From assembly GCA_049317565.1 (NCBI GenBank), contig JBMOIA010000001.1, positions 1 to 48,369 of the forward strand: 48,369 nucleotides of DNA, in the 5' to 3' direction. The notes beneath the pieces were generated by a model. That model worked only from the letters and a program-made list of their open reading frames with translations, did not search any database and had not been told where the DNA came from. Position 1 is the first letter of the stretch, and each line of letters opens with the position of its first letter. The DNA is from Terrimicrobiaceae bacterium (GTDB lineage: Bacteria; Verrucomicrobiota; Verrucomicrobiia; Chthoniobacterales; Terrimicrobiaceae). Shown in pieces: positions 25,129-33,336 of this stretch. Made by a program: the position numbers and the translations under genes.

Positions 25129-25233
25129 GGCCGCGGCCTCAACGGGGCGAACGCATAGGAAGGTGAAGTGGGTAGCGGTGCTTCGGGGCATCACCCCATC
25201 GCGTCGGCGAAACCACTGGGCGACCGTCCGGCG

Positions 25234-27339
25234 ATGAAAACCATTCACATCACAGAAGAAGGCGGCCCGCACGGGCGTGGCAGTCTCACCCGAAAAATCC
25301 TCCTGCCCGGGGCCGTGCTGCTGCTGTTGGTGGCACTGGTTTGGCTTTTCCTCGCTGTGCGCGGCGCGGCGCAGGCGGGCGGCACCGTCACATTCCTGTT
25401 TTTCGACAGGAACGGGACGCAGTTGACGCCGTCGCAGGTCCGCGCGGTCTCGAACAACAACGGACTTGCCTACAACAGCGACTTCCTGCTGAACCCGTCG
25501 AATCTGCGGGCGATCACCAGCGGACCGCTCTACACCTCGGGCACGAACCTTGCGTTCAACATTCCTTCACAGGCTGTGGCATTCGCCATCAACTGGCCGA
25601 CGGTTCCCGGCGGGTTCCACCTCCTCATCCTCGACAATGGCGGGAGCGGCTTCTCCACCGGCGGCACGGTGAATTTCACCTACCAGGCGGCCCGCGATGT
25701 GAAGCGGCGCCTGGATGCGGCGCTCGCCGCGCGGCCAGACTACATCCGCTCGTCGAAGTTTTCCACCGCCTACGATGCCGCGTCGGTGCAGTTGAATTCC
25801 GTGGACGCCTACAGCCCCGAATCTGCCAAAGGCAAGGCGGGGCAACTGGCGCTCGACCAGCTTGGAGTCGCCTTCGACGCCCTCCTCGCGGAGCACGGCC
25901 CGGTTTTCGCCCGCAACAACAAGGCTACACTCACACCGTGGCTCGGGTTCACGATCGACACGGTTTCGAACTACCAGGCGAACCTCGATCTGGCCGCCAG
26001 TCTCACCGCGCCCTACGGGTGGATCCGGATTGTTTTCGATGCCGGCGTGGGGCCTTCCACATACTCCGGTCTCGTCACCTATGCGAAGTCGAAGGGGTTA
26101 AAAATCCTCGGGCAGCCGGTGGATTCGAGCTATGACCGCCAATACACGCGGGCTCAATACAAGCAGCGGTTCATCGATTTCATCACCGCATTCCCGCAGA
26201 TCGATGCGTGGGAAGTCGGCAACGAGGTGAACGGAACCTGGCTCAGCAGCGACATCGCCCTCCGCATCGCAGATGCCGCGGCGGAGGTGAAGGCGCGAGC
26301 CCCCGGCGCCCTTACGCTGGTCACCTTCTTCTGGCAGGTGAACACCGATACGGTGGCGAACTCGATGTTCAATTGGATTGCGAACAACCTTCCCGCCTCC
26401 ACGCGCGCAAACATCGATGTGGTGACAGTCTCGCAATACCAGGAGCAGGCGCCCATGGGCGTGGCGTTCGACCAGGTGATGAAAACCCTGCGCGCCGAGT
26501 TTCCGACGCAGAAGATCGGCCTGGGCGAACTCGGATACTGGATCGCGGGGCAAAGATTCTGGTGGGCCTACAATGAAACCGACCCCGCTGCGGCCAAATT
26601 GGCGATCTCCTCACAATACCACGGCGCGGCATTCGACTACGCCGGCAGCATCGGCGGAGTCTTCTGGTGGGAATTCATCACGGATTTCAAATCCAACACT
26701 GCCATGCAGCAGACGGTCACGCGCGTGCGGGACATCCTGAATTCCTCCGGTGGAACGCCAACACCCACACCAACGGCAACGCCGACACCAACACCAATGC
26801 CTTCCCCGTCGCCCAGTCCCACGGCAACGCCCTTGCCGAGCCCATCGCCCAGCCCGTCACCGAAACCCAGTCCTTCGCCGAGTCCGAGTCCGTCGCCCGG
26901 CGGAAATGTTTTCAACGGCACCTGGGCCGCAGTGGCGAAAATTCCCGCAACCGCGTCTTACAACGATCTCTACCAGCGCGTCCCGGTCACGCCCAACACG
27001 AGTGTCAGCGCGAGCGTGTGGGTGAAGGGCAGCGGATCGGTGGATCTGCAAATCTGGGGCGACTCCGCATGGACGCGGCGGCTCGGCGGCATTCGCATCA
27101 ACGCCACCGCGGGATGGACGAAGGTCACCACACCCGCATTCAACACCGGCAACCGCTCGCGCGTTTGGCTGAGCTTTGACAACGCCTACAGCAATGCCGC
27201 GGGCACGATGTATCTCGACGAGGTTTTCCTCGGAACGGCCGGCGGCTCGAACCGCGTGGCGAACCCGGGGTTCGAGTCAGGTGCGGTCTCATGGACCAGC
27301 ACGGCGCCAGCGGTCTTTTCGATCCAGCGGAACCCGTAG
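25234..27339 (+). CDS. membrane-anchored glycoside hydrolase-like protein (clan GH-A type TIM barrel) with PT/PS linker and C-terminal CBM4_9-like module
   Basis: I chose the ATG at 25234 (MKTIHITEEGG...). The TM anchor is ILLPGAVLLLLVALVWLFLAV. The GH-A-like acid/base block is IDAWEVGNEVNG and the nucleophile-like block is KIGLGELGYW. The 48-aa Pro/Thr/Ser linker is followed by a beta-sandwich-like tail (VWVKGSGSVDLQIWG, MYLDEVFLG, NPGFESG). Confidence 0.65.
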   Translation: MKTIHITEEGGPHGRGSLTRKILLPGAVLLLLVALVWLFLAVRGAAQAGGTVTFLFFDRNGTQLTPSQVRAVSNNNGLAYNSDFLLNPSNLRAITSGPLYTSGTNLAFNIPSQAVAFAINWPTVPGGFHLLILDNGGSGFSTGGTVNFTYQAARDVKRRLDAALAARPDYIRSSKFSTAYDAASVQLNSVDAYSPESAKGKAGQLALDQLGVAFDALLAEHGPVFARNNKATLTPWLGFTIDTVSNYQANLDLAASLTAPYGWIRIVFDAGVGPSTYSGLVTYAKSKGLKILGQPVDSSYDRQYTRAQYKQRFIDFITAFPQIDAWEVGNEVNGTWLSSDIALRIADAAAEVKARAPGALTLVTFFWQVNTDTVANSMFNWIANNLPASTRANIDVVTVSQYQEQAPMGVAFDQVMKTLRAEFPTQKIGLGELGYWIAGQRFWWAYNETDPAAAKLAISSQYHGAAFDYAGSIGGVFWWEFITDFKSNTAMQQTVTRVRDILNSSGGTPTPTPTATPTPTPMPSPSPSPTATPLPSPSPSPSPKPSPSPSPSPSPGGNVFNGTWAAVAKIPATASYNDLYQRVPVTPNTSVSASVWVKGSGSVDLQIWGDSAWTRRLGGIRINATAGWTKVTTPAFNTGNRSRVWLSFDNAYSNAAGTMYLDEVFLGTAGGSNRVANPGFESGAVSWTSTAPAVFSIQRNP
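26755..26898 (+). repeat. low-complexity coding repeat (PT/PS interdomain linker)
   Basis: It translates to TPTPTPTATPTPTPMPSPSPSPTATPLPSPSPSPSPKPSPSPSPSPSP. Confidence 0.9.
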
Positions 27340-27495
27340 CCGCCTGCATCCCGGGGGTTCACCCCATTTCGCGGGGAGGCTGAGCGGGCTTGGGTGTGCC
27401 TGTGGACGGGATGCCACAGGCACCCGCCAAAGCGGGGTGCGAAGTGGCGGCCGGCGCATCCCGCGGGAAACAAAAACGGCCGCCGAAAAACACCA

Positions 27496-27945
27496 ATGAA
27501 CACACTGATAAAATGGAATCCCTTTCGGGAATTTGAACTGATGAGCAGCCGGATGAACAACCTCCTCACGAGGTCGCTCCTTCCGGCTACCTTCGATGAG
27601 CCTTTTACATCGACCGAGTGGTGCCCGCTCGTCGATGTGGAGGAGAGCGACAAGGAATACACCATCAAGGCCGAGTTGCCGGAGGTGAAAAAAGAGAATG
27701 TGAAGGTCGAGCTGGAGAACGGCTCGATCCGGATCTCCGGGGAGCGAAAGCTCGAGAAGCAGGAGGCGGGTCGCCGCTTCCACCGCCTCGAGCGGAGCTA
27801 CGGCGCGTTCGAGCGCACATTCACCCTGCCGGAAGGCACCGAGCGCAAAGGCGTCTCGGCGGAGTTCAAGGACGGCCTGCTGAAGGTGCATTTGCCGAAA
27901 GGCGAATCTGCACAGCACAAGACACTGGCGATCCCGGTGTCCTGA
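27496..27945 (+). CDS. Hsp20/alpha-crystallin family small heat-shock protein
   Basis: Internal ATG at 27496, giving 149 aa. Typical alpha-crystallin-domain blocks are PLVDVEESDKEYTIKAELPEVKKENVKVELENGSIRISGER, ERSYGAFERTFTLP and AEFKDGLLKVHLPK. Confidence 0.9.
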   Translation: MNTLIKWNPFREFELMSSRMNNLLTRSLLPATFDEPFTSTEWCPLVDVEESDKEYTIKAELPEVKKENVKVELENGSIRISGERKLEKQEAGRRFHRLERSYGAFERTFTLPEGTERKGVSAEFKDGLLKVHLPKGESAQHKTLAIPVS

Positions 27946-27962
27946 GCAACGGCTGGACCGTC

Positions 27963-27988
27963 GGCGCGCGCCCGGGAGGGCGCGCGCC
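27963..27988 (+). other. GC-rich 11-bp stem-loop downstream of hsp20 (possible terminator without U-tract)
   Basis: GGCGCGCGCCC (27963-27973) pairs with GGGCGCGCGCC (27978-27988), with the 4-nt loop GGGA. Confidence 0.5.
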
Positions 27989-28010
27989 CTATCTCCCCGG
28001 AAACTTCACC

Positions 28011-29369
28011 ATGGAAGACATCCTGCAAACATTCCGCGACTACTATAAGGAGCCCGCCGTGCGTTCGCGCATTCTCGAGTTTCTCGGCGGGGAAACCCCC
28101 GGCAGCACGACCTGCGAATACATCACGGCGGACGGGGTTTCTTCGCCCGCGAGGCGGCCGCGCAGTCCGGAGGAACTTTTTCAACAACTCGATGCGGGGC
28201 TCGATATCTGCCGGTCGCTCTGGGACCGCGAATCACTGATCGCGCACCTCGATGTCGAATATGTGAATTTCGATTTCCCCGCGGAGGCCTACCTTGACCC
28301 GGATCGGAGCTTCGCACTTCAGGAACCGGTGGCGCGGGCGATCAACCGCGTCCTTTCCTTTTACGGTATCCGTGCGCTGCATGTCTTGAGCGGGCGAGGG
28401 CACCATTTCGCCTGGCGGATCGACCGCCGTTCCCCTGTTTTCGCCGAGCTGGAGGCGCTCGGAGCGAAGGTTTGCTCCGATGGTGCGCCGGAAGGCGGAG
28501 ATGCCGGGGTTGCGCGGGCTTTTGCCGGACTGGGGCTCGCGATGGAATTCCTCGCAAGGCTGGTCATCGAACTTTCCGCGCCGGACTGCCCGATTCCAGT
28601 CGAAATGACGGCGGTCGAGGTCGGTCCCTCGCAGCGCGGGCGGGAGATGGTTTCGATAGACATCTCGGAATACGCCGACCCGTTGCGGACACGCACGGTG
28701 CGCGTCCCGTTCAGCGCCTACCTGAAGCCCTGGCAACAACTTTACGCGGTCGGCGAGCAGAATATTTCCAGGATCGGGCCGATCATTTTCATCCCGATCG
28801 ACGGGGTGGACATCCGGCAGGGCATGGTGGCGATGAGGGATCCGCGGGCGGCCGCGCGTTTGGCGCAAACGATTTCCGCGGTGATTCCCGATGGCACCGG
28901 CGGGACGGCCGCGATGCTCCGGCACTACCGGAAGTCGGCACTCTGTCGCTTCCATGAATTTTTTCATTCCGCCCGGCATGATGCTCCGGGGATGTGGCAT
29001 GGCGGATACGACCGCACCCCGTTGGATGATTTGCCCGAGGGGGCGCGGCTGGCATTGAAGCATCCGAACGACCTGCTGCTGCGGCCATCGGGAATGCGCA
29101 TGGTGGTTGACGCCCTTCTGCAGCGTGGATGGCACCCAAGGCACATCGCGGGGCTGATCCGTTCCAAGTTCGAGCGGGACCATGGCTGGGGAACGCAGTG
29201 GGACGAATACTCGCCCGCACTGCGCGCCGATTTCTACGCGCGGATTTTCGCAGGAAGGCGGACGGGCGTTTGTGTGGAGGCCGGTGACATCCGTGCCGCG
29301 GAGGTGGCAGAGATCCCGCGCGGCCAAGCTGAACCTGCACTTGGGGGATCGGAGGTATTGAAGCTATGA
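28011..29369 (+). CDS. hypothetical protein with archaeo-eukaryotic primase (AEP / PrimPol)-like catalytic motifs
   Basis: Internal ATG at 28011, giving 452 aa. The ordered motifs are I = LIAHLDVEYVNFD (DxE), II = HVLSGRGHHFAWRI (sGxGxH), and III = MVSIDISEYADPLRTRTVRVPFSAYLK (hD...R.hR.P.S.h.K). The C-terminal region is Cys/His-containing and helical (ALCRFHEFFHSARHD). The fold call rests on motifs only. Confidence 0.5.
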   Translation: MEDILQTFRDYYKEPAVRSRILEFLGGETPGSTTCEYITADGVSSPARRPRSPEELFQQLDAGLDICRSLWDRESLIAHLDVEYVNFDFPAEAYLDPDRSFALQEPVARAINRVLSFYGIRALHVLSGRGHHFAWRIDRRSPVFAELEALGAKVCSDGAPEGGDAGVARAFAGLGLAMEFLARLVIELSAPDCPIPVEMTAVEVGPSQRGREMVSIDISEYADPLRTRTVRVPFSAYLKPWQQLYAVGEQNISRIGPIIFIPIDGVDIRQGMVAMRDPRAAARLAQTISAVIPDGTGGTAAMLRHYRKSALCRFHEFFHSARHDAPGMWHGGYDRTPLDDLPEGARLALKHPNDLLLRPSGMRMVVDALLQRGWHPRHIAGLIRSKFERDHGWGTQWDEYSPALRADFYARIFAGRRTGVCVEAGDIRAAEVAEIPRGQAEPALGGSEVLKL

Positions 29370-30232
29370 CGAGCTGGCCGATCGGGATTTCCACAGGATG
29401 TTTCCATCAGGTGCCGCTGAAGGATTGCCTCGAAACGATCCGCGCAAGCGGGTTCAGCCTCGTGGAGGTCGTTTTCTCGCCCGCGCACCTCGACTACCGC
29501 AACCGTGAAGCCGTTCGCGAAGCGGCACTGCGGCTCGAGGGGTTGGGTATGGAGGCGTTTTCCTTCCACGCGCCGTTTGCGAATGATATCGACATTTCCT
29601 CGCCCGACCTGGCGGCGCGCGAATACGCGCTCGACGAGATCCTGCGTGCGGTCGAGGCGGCCGCGGTGCTCGGGGTCCATTATTTTGTCATCCACCCCGG
29701 ACCGGAGAATGCCGACACACCGTCACGGGAGGAGCGGTTGTTGAGGATCGAAAATGTGGTCTCCGTGCTGAACCGGGTGGCGATGCGGTGCGCGGAGGCG
29801 GGGATACGGTGCGTGGTCGAAAACAAGTTGCCGCACCTGCTTTTCGGAAGTTCCAGCGACATTCTGTGGATCCTCGGCGCGGCCGAGAGCACGGAGATCG
29901 GCGCGTGCATGGACACCGGGCACGCCTTCCTCGCCGGGGACCTTTACAGTTTGGTTTACAAGCTCGCTCCGTATTTGCGCATGCTGCATGTGCACGACAA
30001 CAAGGGATTTTCCGACGACCACTTGCCGCCTGGAGAGGGAAGGATCGACTGGGGTGCATTCCTGCGGGAACTGGTGCTTGTGGGATTCCACGGGACAATG
30101 ATCCTCGAGATGGCGGGCGGGCCCGCCGATCCGCAGGAAATCATGGCACGGGCTCGACGAGGGAGGGCCTTTCTACGAAGCCACGCCAGACGCCTTGCTC
30201 TGGAACCCCCGCCCGTGGTGCCGCACCGGTAG
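29366..30232 (+). CDS. xylose-isomerase-like TIM-barrel protein (sugar phosphate isomerase/epimerase or AP-endonuclease-2/Endo IV fold)
   Basis: 288 aa. The ATG overlaps the upstream stop (ATGA). The metal-ligand pattern is typical of the fold: FSFHAPF, YFVIHPG, CVVENK, ACMDTGHAF, LHVHDNKGFSDDHLPPGEGRIDW and MILEM. Confidence 0.8.
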   Translation: MTSWPIGISTGCFHQVPLKDCLETIRASGFSLVEVVFSPAHLDYRNREAVREAALRLEGLGMEAFSFHAPFANDIDISSPDLAAREYALDEILRAVEAAAVLGVHYFVIHPGPENADTPSREERLLRIENVVSVLNRVAMRCAEAGIRCVVENKLPHLLFGSSSDILWILGAAESTEIGACMDTGHAFLAGDLYSLVYKLAPYLRMLHVHDNKGFSDDHLPPGEGRIDWGAFLRELVLVGFHGTMILEMAGGPADPQEIMARARRGRAFLRSHARRLALEPPPVVPHR

Positions 30233-30267
30233 ATTCCGAAATGCGGGGGGAATTCTGCTGGTTTGAC

Positions 30268-33200
30268 TCACCTCACGCGCACGATTTGGCACTCGACGGA
30301 GTTTAAGCCCAAACCAAAGAGTTTTGCGGCTGCTTGGCGGTAAATTTCCATTTGCCCGGAGTAGCGCTCATTGATTTCCGAATCGGTTCCGTGGTCGGTT
30401 TTGAAGTCGTAGACTTTTGCGGAGGCGGGCGAACCGTCCTTGTTGAGTTGCGCAACAACCCTGTCGAAAACACCACTGACCCACTGCCCGTCCAGCTGCA
30501 CATCGAATGCCTGTTCCCGCCAGAGGGTGGCAGGGGAATTCGGGCGGGTGAAAGTCGCTCGCGCAGCATGGCTGGCCAGAAAGTTCCGCAACAGGCTTTC
30601 GGCCTCTGCGGATACATCCCCGGGAATCGAATTTTCTTCATCCAGCCATTCGATGCGGGCGAGCGCCGCATGGACCGCGGTGCCAAACTCGGCGGCGTCC
30701 AGTGCATACCCGGTCTGAGGGGAAGTTGTTTCCACGGAGGTCTTGGCTGAAGACGGCGAGATGGGCTTCGGGGTTCCGCACAGCGGTGCATGGAATTCCG
30801 GCTGGAGAGTGCAGTCACCGGCGGGTGATGCGATTTCGGGGTGGCCTTGGAACCAGCCCGCATCGCCGTAGGTGGTTGGAGAGTCTTTGAGCTGGATTGT
30901 CAGGAACCGGGCGAAGTTTTTGGAGTCGGATCCATCGGCCAGTTCGGTGGTGGCGACATACAGGGCTTTCTTGGCGCGGGTGAGCGCGACATACCACTTG
31001 CAGAGGCTGCCGTATTTGTTTTCAGCCTCTTGGATTTCGACTTGTCGGCGAAGGACCGCATCCTGGTCCGCAAAATCCTTGGCGGGCAAAAGGACTCCCC
31101 ATTGGACTCTCTTCGAATCGGGACCCAGTGCGATTTGGGTGCCATCGTTTGCCCGACTTTTTTTGTCCAATCCGGCCGCGATGACCATGTCGAATCCGAG
31201 GCCTTTGGATTGGTGGACCGTCATCAACCGGACAACTCCTGCGGCTTCGTTCCCGCGGGTTTGGCGGGATTCGATGAAGTGGAGAAATTCGGGGATTCCG
31301 TCGGAGGATCTGCGCGTCGAGTCGAATTCCTCCGCGGCGAGCAGGAAGGCTTCCGCGCGTTCCAGCAGGAAAGATTCCGCACCGGCGCAGGATTGGATCC
31401 ATGCGTGGATGGTGGCCGCGTAGCCGTGCTGCGCCAGGGTTGAGAGTGTTTGCCTGCGGAACTTCCATAGATCACCCAATCCCCATGTGGATGCGGCGGG
31501 GAAACCGGAGGCGACGGCGAGGGAGAGCGAGTCGTCCGGCGATGCGGCAACCCGCAGGGCGGCGAGGAGCGCGGCGCCGAGGGGATTGTCCACGCAGGGG
31601 TTCGAAGTTCCCTCCACCGCCAGTGGGATTCCATTTGATCGTAGGAGTGCTGCGAGGGCCGCGATGCCCTTGTTGTCGGGTTTGAGGACGGCGCAGGAAA
31701 GGCCGCGCCTCCAAGCCTGAGTTTGGTTGAGGATTTCGAGAATTTGTCGGTCGAGGGCGCTGCTTTCATCGTCGGCATCGCCTTCGGTTTCCGGAACCCG
31801 AACCCATGCCGCGCAGCCATTGATCTGGCGGGTTTTCGGTGAGGCGGTGTGCTCCGTCCAAGCCTTCGCCCACTTGTCCGCGGTGGCATCGGGAATTCCG
31901 AGGATGTCCTTGGTGGGCGAGAGGTCGCCGAAAGCCTGGTTCACAAAATCAAGGATCGCCGGGCAGGAGCGCCAGGACTGTGCGAGGGGAGGGGCGTCGT
32001 GGATGGTTGGTTGGATTTTGTTCACCTCGTCGAAAATCTCGAAAAACAAATCCGGATCGCCGCCGCGCCAGGAGTAGATCGCCTGCTTGGTATCTCCGAC
32101 ATAGAAGAAACTGCGGTTGCCTGTGGGGTCCATGAGGACTTCTTCGATGAAGGTGTTCAGGACCATCCACTGTGGGCGGCTCGTGTCCTGAAATTCATCG
32201 AGGAGCCAATGCTCGAATGTTTGGTCGATGCGGTATGCGGCGCTGGCGCGCCACGATTCGCCGCCGAGTGGATCGCCGGCCCTTCTGGCGAGGGAGTCCG
32301 TGATATCCGCGAATGTCACAGCGCCGGCCGAGCGGACGAGTGACGAGTATGCCTCCTCGAATTTCCCCATGAAGGCGTGGAGCGAGCGGCTGCGCGCCAA
32401 CAGGGACTCGAACTCGGGCTTGAGCGCGGCGCGGAGAAGTTCGAGGCGGGAGGCCCTGACGCGGGCATTGAGTTCGAGCCAGCCTGTTTTTTTCGCGGTG
32501 ATCCGGAGGGCGCCCGATTTCGGCTCTGCGCAAAGGCGGGACTTCACAAAGTTCGCGATTGCGAGATTCCAACGGGCGCTCGTGTCGAGGGTTTTCAGCA
32601 ATTCCAGGTTGGCCGCGAGGACTCCAACAGCCTCGTCAGAGAAATCCTCGTGGGTCTCCAAAACCGCGTCCATGAAGGCATCCGCCGCGGGCGAGACCTT
32701 GCCGGCGGCCAGAATCGCGCAACCCGAGGTGCCCCAGATCGAGGCTGCATTGCCCCAAACGACGAATGGCGGAGTTGCGAGAAATTTGGCGTGCAGGTTT
32801 TGGGTTTCCCGCAGAAGGCGCGTGAAAATATCGCGTTCGCCGTGGTTGCGGTTGATGCGGCGAAGAAGTTCCACGAAATCGTCAAGCGAGGCTGTGGATT
32901 CTCTTGAGAAGAGTTCCGCAAGGGTTCGCTCACGGGCGGAGTCGAGTTCCGCATCGCCTGCCACGCGGAAATCCTCAGCGAGCCCGGACTCGAGCGGGAA
33001 CGCGCGGGCGATGCGGGCGAAGAAGCTGTCGATTGTTCCCATGCCGAGTCGCCCGGGTTGCAGCGCGAGCTTTTCCAAAATGGCGCTGCATGCATCGGCA
33101 TCAAGGGTGCCGAGGTGCGGGGCTGCGCGGAGCGTGGCGAGTTTTTCGGGATCCAAAACCGCCCCGGCGAGCCGCGCGAAGACAGCCGAGAGAAATTCCC

Positions 33201-33336
33201 CGGCGGATTTCCGGGTGAATGTCAGAGCGGCGATCTTGCCGGGATTCACTCCCTGCGCGAGGAGTTGGATGACCCGGGTTGTGAGGGCATGCGTCTTGCC
33301 GCTTCCGGCATTGGCGATCAGGCGTTCGTTCCTCAT
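30268..33336 (-). CDS. addA: AddA-type UvrD-family helicase with C-terminal PD-(D/E)XK nuclease
   Basis: I chose the internal ATG at 33336 (MRNERLIANAGSGKTHALT...), giving 1022 aa. Helicase motifs are GSGKT, WLLDEFQDTS, VGDTKQAIYSWRGG, TVHQSKGLGFDMV and YVALTRAKKALYV. Nuclease motifs are GVFDRV, VYDFKTD and QMEIYRQAA. The ATGA overlap links it to the upstream gene. Confidence 0.85.
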   Translation of the reverse strand: MRNERLIANAGSGKTHALTTRVIQLLAQGVNPGKIAALTFTRKSAGEFLSAVFARLAGAVLDPEKLATLRAAPHLGTLDADACSAILEKLALQPGRLGMGTIDSFFARIARAFPLESGLAEDFRVAGDAELDSARERTLAELFSRESTASLDDFVELLRRINRNHGERDIFTRLLRETQNLHAKFLATPPFVVWGNAASIWGTSGCAILAAGKVSPAADAFMDAVLETHEDFSDEAVGVLAANLELLKTLDTSARWNLAIANFVKSRLCAEPKSGALRITAKKTGWLELNARVRASRLELLRAALKPEFESLLARSRSLHAFMGKFEEAYSSLVRSAGAVTFADITDSLARRAGDPLGGESWRASAAYRIDQTFEHWLLDEFQDTSRPQWMVLNTFIEEVLMDPTGNRSFFYVGDTKQAIYSWRGGDPDLFFEIFDEVNKIQPTIHDAPPLAQSWRSCPAILDFVNQAFGDLSPTKDILGIPDATADKWAKAWTEHTASPKTRQINGCAAWVRVPETEGDADDESSALDRQILEILNQTQAWRRGLSCAVLKPDNKGIAALAALLRSNGIPLAVEGTSNPCVDNPLGAALLAALRVAASPDDSLSLAVASGFPAASTWGLGDLWKFRRQTLSTLAQHGYAATIHAWIQSCAGAESFLLERAEAFLLAAEEFDSTRRSSDGIPEFLHFIESRQTRGNEAAGVVRLMTVHQSKGLGFDMVIAAGLDKKSRANDGTQIALGPDSKRVQWGVLLPAKDFADQDAVLRRQVEIQEAENKYGSLCKWYVALTRAKKALYVATTELADGSDSKNFARFLTIQLKDSPTTYGDAGWFQGHPEIASPAGDCTLQPEFHAPLCGTPKPISPSSAKTSVETTSPQTGYALDAAEFGTAVHAALARIEWLDEENSIPGDVSAEAESLLRNFLASHAARATFTRPNSPATLWREQAFDVQLDGQWVSGVFDRVVAQLNKDGSPASAKVYDFKTDHGTDSEINERYSGQMEIYRQAAAKLFGLGLNSVECQIVRVR

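Noticed and set aside
26755-26898. CCN/ACN/TCN-rich microsatellite-like stretch
   Set aside because: It is in frame and encodes a Pro-Thr/Pro-Ser interdomain linker between the catalytic and carbohydrate-binding modules.
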